From assembly GCA_946221915.1 (NCBI GenBank), contig CAMIKG010000006.1:28075-92074 (forward strand): a stretch of 64,000 nucleotides of DNA, written 5' to 3'. This DNA comes from an uncultured Erwinia sp. GTDB lineage: Bacteria > Pseudomonadota > Gammaproteobacteria > Enterobacterales > Enterobacteriaceae. Shown here in pieces: positions 28,634 to 42,300 of this stretch. The position numbers and the translations under genes were made by a program. The stretch's first letter is position 1. Each line of letters begins with the position of its first letter. The notes under the pieces were generated by a model, which saw only the letters and a program-made list of their open reading frames with translations, had not been told where the DNA came from and ran no database searches.

Positions 28634-30304
28634 ATGATTTATCCCCGTGTAAGGAAACACATATTCGGCCTGCTGGCGCTGACAGTTTCTCATGTTTACG
28701 CTGCCCCGATTACGCCTGCTGACCGCGAACAAACGCAACAGAACCAGCAGATGTTGCTACAGCAAAACCAGCAGCAGCGCGATGAACTGACGCGCAGTAT
28801 CAGCACCGACCGGCCAGCGATCGCGGCGCCACAGGCGGAAGATGAACGCTGTTTTGTGGTAAATGATATTCAGCTGGAAAATGCCTCATTATTATCTGCC
28901 ACCACCCGACAACGTCTGACGAAAGATTATCTGCATCAGTGTCTTGGTATCAGCAAAATAAATCAACTGGTCGCGGAAATCTCCGACTGGTATATCAGTC
29001 GCGGCTATGTCACCAGCCGGGCATTTCTGGTCGAACAGGATTTAAACTCCGGCGTATTACGTATTCCGGTGCTGGAAGGCAAACTGCAAAAAATCGTGAT
29101 GGATAATGCGCCGTCACGCCAGCTGTATATGGCCTTCCCTGGGCTGGAAGGTAAAGTGCTTAATCTGCGCGATATTGAACAGGGCATGGAGCAGATAAAC
29201 CGCGTGCGCAGCACGCCGGCGCAGATTGAAATTTTGCCCGGTGATAATCCTGGCTACTCAATTGTTAATCTCACCGCTAATCCTGAATTTCCGCTGAGCG
29301 TCTCGCTGGGGTTCGATAATAGCGGTCAGAAAAGCACTGGCGTCGGCCAGTTAAATGGTTCGCTGGTAGCAAATAACCCGCTGGGGCTGGCGGATAAATG
29401 GTTTATCAGCGGTGGCCGCAGCAGCGCGTTTTCCCACTCCCGTGATTCACGCAGTTTGCAGGCGGGCGTCAGCATTCCATGGGGCTACGGCTTGCTGGAT
29501 TACAGCTACAGCCGCAGCGACTATCGCAGCAGCTTCGATAATCAAGGCTTTCTCTGGTTGTCGCGCGGCGACAGCACTAATCATCGTCTGACTGGCAACT
29601 GGGTGGTGTTCCGCAATGGCGACATCAAGACCGGCCTGATGGCGGGTCTCAGCCACTATAACAGCCACAACTACCTTAATGATGCTCTGTTGCAGAGCAG
29701 CACCCGTAAGCTCAGCAGCCTGCAATTCGGCGTCACGCATACGCAGAAAGTGGCTGGCGGCGTCGCCACCTTTAACCCGACTTTCAGCCGCGGTATGGAC
29801 TGGTTTGATGCGGAAAGCGACGACGGCAAAAACGGCGAGCTGCCCAAAGCGCAGTTCCGCAAATGGAGCCTCAGCGCCAGTTTCCAGCGTCCATTACGTG
29901 ACGATTTGTGGTGGCTGAGCAGCCTGTATGGCCAGTGGTCGCCTGACCGCCTGTACGGTAGTGAACGTTTAACGCTGGGCGGCGACAGCTCCGTGCGTGG
30001 TTTTAAAGAGCAGTATCTCTCAGGCGATATCGGCGGCTATCTGCGTAACGAACTGAATTACACCCTGTTTACGCTGCCGGTTATCGGCCAGGTCAATGCC
30101 GTGCTGGCGCTGGACGGCGGCTGGCTGCAACAGGATCAGTACGACGAATTTGCTTCCGGCACCCTGTGGGGCGGCGCGCTGGGGCTGACCACCAGTAATC
30201 GTTACGTGGCGACGCAGTTAACCCTTGGCACGCCGCTGCAATACCCGGACTGGCTGGGACCGGATCATCTGACGGCTTATTACAGAATTTCACTCGTCTT
30301 CTGA
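28634..30304 (+). CDS. cdiB: Two-partner secretion outer-membrane transporter CdiB (TpsB/ShlB/FhaC family)
   Basis: Signal peptide, Q-rich linker ADREQTQQNQQMLLQQNQQQRDELTRSI and POTRA/beta-barrel regions nearly collinear with E. coli CdiB. Immediately upstream of the giant TpsA gene. Confidence 0.92.
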   Translation: MIYPRVRKHIFGLLALTVSHVYAAPITPADREQTQQNQQMLLQQNQQQRDELTRSISTDRPAIAAPQAEDERCFVVNDIQLENASLLSATTRQRLTKDYLHQCLGISKINQLVAEISDWYISRGYVTSRAFLVEQDLNSGVLRIPVLEGKLQKIVMDNAPSRQLYMAFPGLEGKVLNLRDIEQGMEQINRVRSTPAQIEILPGDNPGYSIVNLTANPEFPLSVSLGFDNSGQKSTGVGQLNGSLVANNPLGLADKWFISGGRSSAFSHSRDSRSLQAGVSIPWGYGLLDYSYSRSDYRSSFDNQGFLWLSRGDSTNHRLTGNWVVFRNGDIKTGLMAGLSHYNSHNYLNDALLQSSTRKLSSLQFGVTHTQKVAGGVATFNPTFSRGMDWFDAESDDGKNGELPKAQFRKWSLSASFQRPLRDDLWWLSSLYGQWSPDRLYGSERLTLGGDSSVRGFKEQYLSGDIGGYLRNELNYTLFTLPVIGQVNAVLALDGGWLQQDQYDEFASGTLWGGALGLTTSNRYVATQLTLGTPLQYPDWLGPDHLTAYYRISLVF

Positions 30305-30321
30305 CAGACAAGGCAAAGGTT

Positions 30322-33300
30322 ATGGACAATCGACTTCATCCGCTGCGCGCCTCGCAGCGCCTGCTGACTTATCTGGTGTGTGGCCTGATTGCCTGGCAGC
30401 CACTGCTGCCCGCCATCTCCGCCACCATTAATCCGGTGACCAGAGGGACAAATATGGATAAGGCCGCCAACGGCGTGCCAGTGATGAACATTGCCACGCC
30501 GAACGGCGCCGGGATTTCCCATAATCAGTTCAAAGACTACAACGTCGGCAAAGAGGGCCTCATCCTCAACAACGCCACCGGCCAGCTGAACAAGACCCAG
30601 CTCGGCGGCTATATCCAGAACAATACCAATCTCACCGCCGGACGCGAAGCGAAGGGCATCATCAACGAAGTGACCGGCGGCAGCCGCTCGCAGCTGCAGG
30701 GTTACACCGAAGTTGCCGGTAAAGCGGCTAACGTGATTGTCGCCAACCCGTACGGCATCACCTGCAGCGGCTGCGGCTTTATCAACACGCCGAACGCCAC
30801 GCTGACCACCGGCAAGCCGGTGTTTGACGCCAGAGGCAACCTGCAGTCGCTGGATGTGTCAAAAGGCACCATCACCGTGGAAGGGCAGGGGCTGGACGCC
30901 AGCCAGAGCGATGCGCTGTCGATTATCTCGCGCGCGACCGAGGTGAACGCGGCGATTCATGCGAAGGATTTAAAAGTAGTCGCCGGGGCGAACCGCGTTG
31001 GCAGCGACGGCAGCGTGACGGCGATTGCCGGTGAGGGCGCAGCGCCGGTGGTGGCAGTGGATACCGGCGCGCTGGGCGGCATGTACGCCAACCGTATTCA
31101 CCTGGTGTCGGGCGAGAAGGGCGTCGGGGTCAACCTCGGCAACCTCAACGCGCGCCAGGGCGATATCACGCTGGATGCCAGCGGCAAACTGGTGCTGAAC
31201 AACAGCCTGAGCAGCGGGGCGCTGACGGCGAAGGCGGAAAGCGTCGAACTCGGTGGCGACAACAAGGCCACCGGTGCGGCAACGGTGACGGCGCAGAACG
31301 GCATTACGCTGAATAACGGTGCGCTGGTGAGTGATAAAACGGTGGCGCTGGACGGCGGTGAAAGCGTGCAGCTGAGCGGTGCGAAAGTCGCGGCCGGGGG
31401 CGATATCCGCCTGTCGGGCTCTGAACTGGCGCTGGACAACGCCAGCACGGTGAATGCGGCGGGCAATATCAGCCTGACGGCGCAGAACGGCATCACGCAG
31501 AACGGCGGCTCGCTGGTGAGTGATAAAACGGTGGCGCTTGACGGAGGCTCGCGCGTGCAGCTGAAGGGCACGAAAGTGACCGCCGGGGAAGACGTACGCC
31601 TGACGGGAACGGCGCTGACGCTGGATAACACCAGCACGGCGGATGCGGCGGGCAATATCAGCCTGACGGCGCAGGACAGTGCGGCAGGCGCCTCCGGGCT
31701 GAAGACGCAAACGGCAGGGACGACCACGCAGGGCGAAGCGACTGGCGTCAGCGTGCTGGATAACGCCGGGCAGCTGACGGCGGGAAAAGCCCTCAGCCTG
31801 CAGGCGGATGCGGTCAGCAACCGCGGCACGCTGGCGGCGAAGGGCCGCCTGGACGCGGAAAGTAAAAGCGTTGATAACCTCGGCACGGTGCAGGGCAGCG
31901 GCGTCACGCTGAACGCGGATGCACTGCGTAACAGCGGCACCCTGCAGAGCGCAGGGGCGCTGGCGCTCTCCGGCAGCACGCTGGAGCAGAGCGGCACGCT
32001 CGGCGCGACCGGCGACGCGGTGCTGGACTTTGGCGACAGGATTAACAACGCGCAGGGCGGCAGCATCCTCGCGGACGGCACGCTGAGCGTCACCAGCGGA
32101 GAACTGGTGCAGGACGGCACGCTCTCGGGGCGTCAGGGGCTTACCGCTGACAGCAACAGCCTGAGCAGCGCGCAGGGCGCGCAGACCCGCAGTCTGGGCG
32201 ACGTGACGCTGAAGGTGCGTGACAAAACCGATATCCTGGGCGACGTGAACGCGGGCGGCACGCTGGCACTGAACAGCGGCAGCCTGCGCACCGGCTCCGG
32301 CGCGCAGCTGCAGGGGCAGAACGTCAGCCTGACGGCAGGCAGCGCCGAGCTGAAGGGCACCCAGGCGGCGCAGAAAAAGCTGGACGTCACGGCGCAGACG
32401 CTGGCGCACGGTGGCAAAAGCAGCGCGGACAGCATCATCCTTAACGCCAGCGGAACGCTGAACAACAGCGGCTCGCTGGTGGCAGATACGGCACTGCAGG
32501 CGACGGCTGCGGAACTGACGAACAGCGGCACGGGCAGCGCGGGCGACATCATCCTCAAATCCACAGGCACGCTGAACAACAGCGGTGCGCTGGCGGCGAA
32601 AACCCGCCTGCAGGCAACGGCGGGAGCGCTGAATAACAGCGGCACGCTCTCTGCATCGCTGCTGGGCCTGGAAAGCAGCGCCATCACCAACGGCGGGCTG
32701 CTGCAGGGCACGCAGTCGCTGAGCCTGCTCAGCCAGAGCCTCGATAACCAGAAATCCGGCAGCATTGCCACCGCGGGCGACCTGGCGCTCGACTTGGCCG
32801 ACTTCACCAACAGCGGCCTGCTGAGCAGCGGCCGTGCGCTCAGCCTCAGCGGCGAACGCCTGACTAACTCCGGCGAAATCAACGCCGCGTCACTCACCTC
32901 AGATAGCGTCACCCTGAACAACCTCGCGGGCGGCAGACTGCTGGCGACGGGCGCGATGCAGCTGACGAACGCGCAGCTGGATAATGCCGGGCAGATTGCG
33001 GCGGACGGGCTGGCTGTCAGCGGCGGAACGCTGACGAACAGCGGCGGTATCCAGGGCACGAACGGGCTGACCCTCAAAACCGACAGCCTGACCAACCGGA
33101 ACAACGGCGAACTGCTCACCGGCGGAACACTCACCCTGAACAGCGGTGAGCTGGCAAACGACGGCTTAGTGCAGGGCGATACTCTTGACGTCACAGCAGA
33201 CAACTGGCGCAACGGCGGCAACGCCCTGAGCGCGCAGGATGCGACGGTGAAGGTGAAAGGCACCCTCACCAACAGCGGACAAATCCTCGGCCAGCAGAAG

Positions 33301-36300
33301 CTGGACGTGAGCGCCGCTGATACCGACAACAGCGGTCTGGTGGTGGCAAAAGTGCTGGCGCTGCACGGCGACCTGGTCAACAGCGGTTTACTGCAGGGCG
33401 ACAGCAGCCTGGTGCTGGCTGGCACGGCGATTACCAACAACAGCGGCGGCCAGCTGCTGAGCGCCGGGAACACCCGCGTGACGGCTGGCACGCTGGACAA
33501 CCAGGGCGAACTGCAGGCGGATACGCTTGATGTCACGGTAAAAGACTGGAACAACAGCGGCAGCACCCGCGCCGCCAGCGGCCTGAGCGCAAAGCTGGCC
33601 GGTCAGCTGGAAAACAGCGGCACGCTGCGCAGCAGCCAGACGCTGGAACTGCAGGCCGCAGACATCCGCAACGGCGGCACGCTGGCCGCCGACCGCCTGA
33701 CGCTGCGCGCCCCGCAGCTCAGCAACAGCGGCACGCTGCAGGGCAGCAGCGCGCTGGTGCTCGATACGGATGCACTCTCCAACCTCAGCGGCGCGCAGCT
33801 GCTGAGCGGCAAGGGGCTGACCCTTAACCTCGACACGCTGAACAATGACGGCCTGCTGCAGGTCAGTGAGGCGCTGGACGTGCAGGCGCGCCGGTTCACC
33901 AATACCGGCAGCGTGCAGGCCGCGCAGCTGGGGCTGGATATCGCGGGCACGCTGTTAAACGGCGCGGCGGCAGCGCTGCTGGCAGAGCAGGACGCCACGG
34001 TGAAGGCGCAGACGCTGGACAACGGCGGCACGCTGGCGGCGAGCGCGCTGACCCTGAGCGGCGACACCCTGACGAACCGCGGCGCGGTGCAGGGCGACAA
34101 TGCCCTCTCCGCCACCTTCGGCCAGCTGACTAACGCGTCCGGCGGCACGCTGCTCAGCGGCGGTAATATGACGCTGAACGCTGCTGACGCCAGCAATGAC
34201 GGCAGCTGGCAGGCACAGCAGCTGGAACTCAACGCGGACAGCTTTACTAACACCGGCTCCGTAAATGGCATCGCGGCACTGACCGGCAGCGTCACTGGCC
34301 TGCTCGATAACCGCGGCGCCCTGAACAGCCAGGGCGCGGCTGGCCTGCAGGCGGGCAGCCTGCGCAACAGCGGCAAAATGCTGGCGGACAGCCTGACCCT
34401 GCAGGCGGACACGCTGCAGAACAGCGGCCTGTGGCAGGGCAGTAACCAGTTGAGCGCCACGGGCGACACGCTCACCACTGATGCAGGCAGCCGCACGCTG
34501 ACAAACGGTGCGCTCACGCTCACTGCCGGACAGCTGACCACGGACGGCACGCTGCAGGGGCAGCAGGCCACCATCAGCGCCGACGACTGGCGGCATCCCG
34601 GTTCCCTGCTCGGCAGCGGCAGCCTGCTGGCGCAGGTGGCGAACCAGCTGACCAGCAGCGGCGAACTGATGAGCCAGGGCGACACGCGGCTGAACGCCGC
34701 CACCCTGAACAACAGCGGCTCGCTGCTGGGCAGCGGCGACATCACCCTCAGCGGCGGCAGCCTGACCAACAGCGGCAGCGTGCAGGGCAAAACCCTGACG
34801 CTGACCCCGGCGCAGATAGTCAACCGCGGCAAACTTATCGGCATTGAGGCGCTGACCCTCGGCGCGCCTGCCGTGGCCGGGCGCATGCTGCTGGCGGCGG
34901 TGGCGCAGCCTGCGCGCGAACTGCGCAACGAACAGGGCGGCTCGCTGCTGACGCAGGGCGACCTGACGGTGAAAAGCGGCGGCGTCACCAATAACGGCAG
35001 CTGGCAGGCACAGAACATCCTGCTGAACGCCGACGCGCTGAACAACGGCGGGGCAATACAGAGCGCCGGCAATATGCAGCTGGTGCTGGGCAATACCCTG
35101 ACCTCTGCCGCAGGCAGCAAAATCAGCGCCGGCGGCACCGCGGCGCTGCAGGCGCTGGCGCTGACGAATAGCGGCGAGTGGATAGCGAAAAACCTGACGC
35201 TGAAAGCCGATACCCTGACCAGCAGCGGCAGCGTCAGCGGCGTCAGCGGGCTGACGCTCGACGTGAAAGGGCTGAACCAGCAGCAGGGCGGCAGCCTGCT
35301 GAGCGGCGGCGCGCTGACGCTGACCCTGCCGGAGCTGAATAACCAGGGCCGCATCCAGGCGGCGACCCTGCAGATTAACGGCAACACGCTGACCAACAGC
35401 GGCACGCTGCAGGGCGACAACGGCCTGACGCTGAACATGCGCGACCGCCTCACCAACAACGCCTCCGGCACGCTGCTGAGCCAGCAGGGGCTGACGCTCA
35501 CCGCGCCGGAGCTGGTGAACTATGGCCTGATTCAGGGCGGCACGACGTCCACGCTGACCGCCACCGGCAGCGCGCGCAACGAGGGCAGAATTCTTAACGG
35601 CGGCCAGCTGACGCTGACCACGCCGCAGCTGACCAACGGCGGCTGGCTGCAGGCCACCAGCCTGATACTGAATGCGGCGACGGCGGGCAACAGCGGCACG
35701 CTGCTGGCGCAGCAGCAGGGCACGCTGACCGGCAATACCCTGACCAATACCGGCACGGCGCAGGGCGGTAGCCTGGCGGTGAACTACCAGCAGCTCAGCA
35801 ACAGCGGCACCGTGCTGGGCGGTAACGCCCTGACCGTGACGGCGCAGCAGGTGAACCAGCAGGCGGCAGGGAAACTGTTCAGCGGCGGCAGCCTGGTGCT
35901 GAACAGCAACGGCTTCGACCAGCTCGGTCAGGTGGTGGCGCTGGGCGACGCGACGCTGAAACTGATTAACAGCCTGAACGTGCGCGGCACGCTGGCGGCG
36001 GGCGGAAAACTCACCGCCGGCAGCAACGGCGAGCTGGTGAACAACGGCGTGATGCAGGGCCAGGCGCTGAACATCAGCGCGGGCAGCGTGCTCACCAACA
36101 ACGGCAAACTCACCAGCGGCAGCGGCGACAGCACGCTGAGCGGCAGCCGCATCGCCATGAACAGCGCCGGTTCACTGCAGGGCGGCGGCAACGTCACCCT
36201 GACCAGCGGCAGCGACATCACCCTGAACGGCTTTACCGGCACCGCGGGCACCATGACGCTGAACGCGCCGGGCAGCATCGTTAACACCGCGCTGCTGTAT

Positions 36301-39300
36301 GCGGCGAACAACCTGTACCTGCTGGCGAACAGCATTAAGAACCAGAGCGGCGATATCCTCGCGGGCAACAACCTGTGGATGCAGCGCGATATGGCGGGCA
36401 ACGCCAACAGCGAAATCCTCAACACCTCCGGCACCATTGAGACCACCAGCGGCGATATCACGCTGAAGACCGGGCATCTGCTGAATCAGTGGGAGTCGGT
36501 GACGGTGGGGCAGACGACGACAGAGAATCTGGCGACAAACTATACATCAACCTCGCCTGGCACGGTCGAATTGCCGGTAAGTTTATTCGATGCTAAGGAT
36601 CTATATTATTATACTTACCATGTCATGCTCCCAACTCGTTTGGAAGATGACTGGACATTTGCGGGTTTATTAAGTTCGGTAACTTATAAAGAAACTGCTG
36701 TATCCAGGGTTACATCAAGTACAATTACTACAGGCCAGGCTGGTCGTATTTCTTCAGGTGGGAATCTTACAGGGGAAGCTTCAAGACTCGATAATCTGGG
36801 CAGCTATCTTTTAGCCCGGAAGGATTTGGTTGTTTCTGGTGGCGTTCTAAATAATCAGTCATATCTTTCTGGTACGCAAACTGTCTGGCGTAAATATGCC
36901 CCTACTGCTGAAGCATTGGATCCAAAATTAGCAGGAAAAGAAATTGCTGGATATTATTATAATGACCCAACATATTCAGGGTATTATAAACAAGATAATA
37001 ACAGATTGATGAAGGATACACTGACATTTACTGCGACCGATGAGTATCGTACAGAAGGTTCCTCATCAATCCGTGGTGTTATTCAGGCTAATGGCAATGT
37101 GACGACACGATTCAACTCAATCGTTAATAACAGTGAATCCACTGATGTCCGCGGCACTATTACACCAACTCTTGCCCGCCCTGGTTTACAGACACTGGCT
37201 CAACAATCGATAAATGGCAGTGTTGCGGCACAGGGAATGGCAGCGTTTAACGCCGTTGCGATTAACAGTCCGGAATGGCATGACCAGTTGCAGGGCGCAA
37301 TACAGCAGGTCAATGGCGGTGGAAACCTGGACAACATTGGTGGCCAGGCAACGAACCTCGCCAGTTACCCGCAGGGCAGCGTTAATCTTTCTGCCGATGG
37401 CACGACAACCGCTCTGGTCAATAACCCTTACAGCCAGAGTCAACAGCTGACTGGTGCAGTACAGGGTAAAACCGTAGATACCAGCGCGTATCCGCTGCCA
37501 CAGGGCAGTAACGGCTATTTCACGGCCTCAGACGATCCGAAAAGTCCGTATCTGATTACCATTAACCCGAAATTAAATGGCCTGGGTGAACTGGATAAAA
37601 ACCTCTATGGCGATCTGTACCAGCTGTTAAATATGCAGCCCGCGGATGCGCCTGCGGAAACCCGTCAGCAATACACCGATAAAAATGCATTCCTGGGTTC
37701 GTCGTACCTGCTCGACCGTTTAAATCTGAAACCGGAATATGACTACCGTATTCTCGGCGACGCAGCCTTTGATACCCGCTATGTCAGCAACGCGGTATTA
37801 AGCCAGACCGGTAATCGTTATATCAACGGCATCGGTTCCGATCTGGATCAGATGAAATATCTGATGGATAACGCCGCGACGGCTCAGCAGTCTCTGGGAT
37901 TAACCATGGGCGTCACCCTGACCGCCGATCAGATCGCGTCTCTGGACCACAGTATTCTCTGGTGGGAAGCGGCGACCATTAACGGCGAAACCGTGCTGGT
38001 GCCTAAACTGTATCTTTCGCCGGGTGATGTCACCGTTAATAACGGCAGTGTGATCGCCGGCAATAATGTGGTCATTGAAGGTAATAGCGTCAGCAATAAC
38101 GGCAGTACACTGCTGGCGCAGCAGGGCATGGCGATTAACAGCCAGAACAGTATTGATAACCTGAATGCCGCGCTGATTAAAGCGGGCGAAGGGTTACAGC
38201 TGAGCGCAATGGGAGATATTAATAATATCGGCTCAGCTATCAGCGGTAAGCAGGTCGCCCTGGAAAGTCTCGATGGCAGTATCAATAACTTGACGCTGAC
38301 CTCTCAGACGAATAACAAGTCGAGATGGAGCAGTTACCAGATTACAGAGCAGGATGAGAAGGCGACGATTACTTCGCTGGATTCCCTGTCACTGACGGCT
38401 GGAAAAAATCTCACCCTCGCCAGTGCCGACATTACCGCTGGTGGAAATACTAAACTGAGTGCGGCGGGTAATATTGATGTACTTGCCAATGATAATACTG
38501 CGACGCTCAAAAGTCGTTCTCTGGGAAACAACTACCACACAGTTTCAAGCACAGCCAGCAACATAAAGTCAGGGGGCACACTCTCTGTTTTCGCTGGAAA
38601 CGATCTTACGGTTGAAGCCAGTAATATCAATGCGACTAAAGATACGGCGTTAATTGCTGATGGGGAGATAAATTTCCTTTCATCAGAAAATACGCTGAAT
38701 AACAGCCCAAGAAGCTGGGACAGAACATCTCAGAAAAAAGCTGACAGCACCAGCCTCAGTGCAGGTGGGGCGCTGACCATTGCAGCAGGAAAGAATTTAA
38801 CTGTCGAAGCGGGTAACATTGATGCTGCTAAAGATCTTACGTTGTCAGCCGCGGGAGATATTAAGCTACTCTCGACAGCAAATACGACCAGCAATAATTA
38901 TTTCAGTCAAAGCAGTTATGACAACTCTCATGATGTTAGTACCTTAACGAGTGGCGGCAGCCTGACTATGACGGCTGGTCGGGATGTTATTAGTGAAGCT
39001 GCTGGCATGGCAGCAGAAGACAATGTGACGTTGCAGGCTGGACGAGACATTGCTTTACAGTCAGAAGCAACGGCTGAAGGTAGCCATCGTGAAGGTAGAA
39101 ATACAACAGAGATAAAAAAATCAGTACGTCAGCAGGGTACTGAAATTGCTGCGGGTGGCGATGTCGCTATTCAGGCTGGGCGTGATCTGACCAGTAATGC
39201 CACTCAGGTCGTTGCACAGCAGGATATTTCTGTTGGTGCAGAAAATAATATCAACCTGAACACCGCAACTGAAAGCGACTACTACTACAAAAAAGAAGTC

Positions 39301-42300
39301 AGCTCAGGCGGCGGTTTCCTCAGTAAAAAAACCACTACTAAAATCCAGGAAGACAGCTCCACCCGCGAGAAAGGCACCCTGCTGAGCGGCAACAACGTCA
39401 GCGTCGAAGCTGGTAAAAATATCCTTGTCAACGGTTCGCAGGTGGTGGGTGACGAAGAGGTGGCGCTGAAGGCTGGCGACAATATCGATATCCTCGCTGC
39501 CACCAACACCAACTCCAGCTGGCGCTTCAGCGAGACCAAAAAGAGCGGCCTGATGAGCACCGGCGGTATCGGTATCTCTATCGGTTCCAGTAAAACCGTC
39601 CATGACCTGAAACAGAAAGGCACCACTCAGAGCCAGAGCGTCAGCACCGTCGGCAGTACCGGCGGTAATGTCAGCATTGTCTCCGGCGGTCAGGTGCATC
39701 TCAACGGCTCGGATCTGGTGGCTGGCAAAGGCATTACCGTCGACAGTGATAACATCCTGGTGACGGCAGGCCATGACAAACATATCACTGACGAAATCTT
39801 TAAGCAGAGCACCAGCGGCCTGACGCTGGCGCTGTCCGGCGCAGTGGGTGACGCGATTAACAGTGCAGTGGCGGCGGCGCAGGCGGCCTCCGAACAGAGC
39901 GATGGTCGTCTGGCGGCACTGCAGGGGGCGAAAGCCGCGCTGTCTGGCGTACAGGCGTCGCAGGCAACGCGGATGGATGCGGCGAAAGGCGGCGACCCGT
40001 CCAATACCTCCACCGTCGGCATCATGCTGTCGCTGGGCGCGCAGTCGTCGAAATCGCAGTCCCACTCTGAGCAGGACACCACGCGCAGCAGCACCCTCAA
40101 TGCGGGCAATAACCTGACGCTGACCGCCTCCGGCAAAGGCCAGACGGCCAGCAGCGGCGATATCAATGTCGAAGGCGGCCAGCTGAAAGCCGGGCAGGAT
40201 GTCACGCTGGACGCGGCGCGTGATATCACGCTGCAGGCAGCCAAAGATACCCAGCTGCTGACCGGCAGCAATTCCAGCAAAGGTGGTTCCATTGGTATTG
40301 GCCTGACGGCAGGATCCGGCGGTACTGGGCTGACCATCTCCGCCAGCATGAATGCGTCGAAGGGTAACGAAAAAGGCAACGGTACCAGCTGGAACGAAAC
40401 CAATATTGATGCCGGTAACCAGGTGAATCTGATCAGCGGTCGCGATACCACACTGTCTGGCGCGCTGGTGAATGGCGACAAAGTAGTGGCGGATGTCGGC
40501 CGTGACCTGACGCTGACCAGCCTGCAGGACAGCAACAACTACGACAGTAAGCAACAGAGTGTCAGTGCCGGCGCCAGCTTTACCTGGGGTGTGCCGGGTG
40601 GTTCGGCCAGCTTCAGCTACAGCCGCGACAAGATGCACAGCACCTATGACTCGGTGCAGGAGCAGACCGGTATCTATGCCGGTAATGGCGGTTTTGATAT
40701 TACCGTCGGCAGCCATACGCAGCTGAATGGCGCAGTGATTGCCAGCAATGCCGATACGGCGAAAAACAGCCTTGATACCGGCACCCTGGGCTTTAGCGAT
40801 ATCCATAACGAAGCGGATTATAAAGTCGAGCATCAGGGCGTGGGTATCAGCACCAGCGCCAGCATGGGCGCGCAGGCAGCGATGAACATGGCCAGCAATC
40901 TGCTGGCTGGCGCGGGCGGCAGCGGGCATGCGGAAGGCACCACTCAGTCGGCAGTGGCGAACGGCACGATTACGGTGCGCGACCAGGCGAACCAGAAACA
41001 GGATGTGGCGGAGCTGAGCCGCGATACGGCCAATGCCAACGGCGCGATTAATCAGATCTTCGACAAGGAGAAAGAGCAGAAGCGCCTGCAGACGGCGCAG
41101 CTGATTGGTGAACTGGGTTCCCAGATGGCGCAGGTGGCGCAGACGGAAGGGCAGATCGCGGCGATTACGGCTGGTAAAGCTGAGCTGGCTAAGAAGAATA
41201 TCCACGAACCAGCATCGTCTGATGAAGCCGCCTGGAAGGATTACAACGCGCAGCTTGCGGGGACCCAGTCTTATAAGGATGAGATGAAGCAATGGGGAAC
41301 CGGTAGTGATATTCAGCGCGCGATACAGGCAACGACAGCGGTCGTTCAGGGACTGGCTGGAGGGGATATCGCCGCAGCGGTAGCCGGTGGCGCCGCACCT
41401 TATATTGCCAATGTGATCGCTCAGAAAATCCCGGAAGATAATCTTGCAGGACGCGTTCTGGCCCATGCGACGGTTAATGCCGCACTGGCGGCGGTACAGG
41501 GCAAAGATATGGCCGCCGCCGCCGCAGGTGCAGCGACGGGGGAAATTGCCGCAGCGATTGCACTAAATGCTTATGGCAAAAAAGTTAGTGAACTGGATGA
41601 GTCGGAAAAACAGACCATTTCTGCTCTGGCAACGCTGGCTAGCGGCCTGGCTGGTGGACTGGCCGGAGATAGTGGCGCCGATGCTGTGGCGGGCGCTCAG
41701 GCAGGTAAAACGACTGCAGAAAATAATTTCCTGAGCGTAACGCAGTTAGAAAACTTTGCTCACCGTGCACGAACCTGTGAAGGCGAAAGCTGTAAAGATG
41801 TCGTGCGTGAAATGGTGGAAACCAATGTGCAGCAACAGAAGGAGTTGATGGATTTTTGTTCATCTAATCCGGGGGAGTGCGAAGCTAAATATGGATATTT
41901 AGTTGAGCAATGGCAGGTCTTTGATCAGGTCATTCGCAAAATGGATGCTGATGGCACTCTGCCAAATGACTTTAAAAACTACCTTATGGCAGTTTATTCA
42001 TCGGGAGTCGATGCTGAAACGGCGATAGCAGCGCCTAAATGGGAAAAGATGCTTGAGGAGAAGGGAATTCCTGCTGAAAGCGCGAAGCTTATGGCTGCAA
42101 CGCTACCTCTTCTTATCACAGGGGCTAAAGGGGCAAAAAATAGCTCTGTGGCAAGTTTACCTAAAGGGTATGTAACAGGTGCGCGTGGAACTGTTGTTGG
42201 TCCAAAAGGTGGTGTTTACACCAGTACAGGAAAACTGGATGCTGAGGGAAATGCTATTTACAGCAACAATGGAGCCTATTACACCTTCAGTAATGGAGCA

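Noticed and set aside
30970-41466. Multiple long antisense ORFs inside cdiA (e.g. 30970..32409, 31098..32120, 32133..33566, 33603..35501, 39304..41466)
   Set aside because: They lie entirely within the repetitive, GC-biased cdiA coding sequence. Their products are low-complexity Ala/Arg/Pro/Ser-rich with no RBS context. The sense strand encodes a protein collinear with E. coli CdiA.
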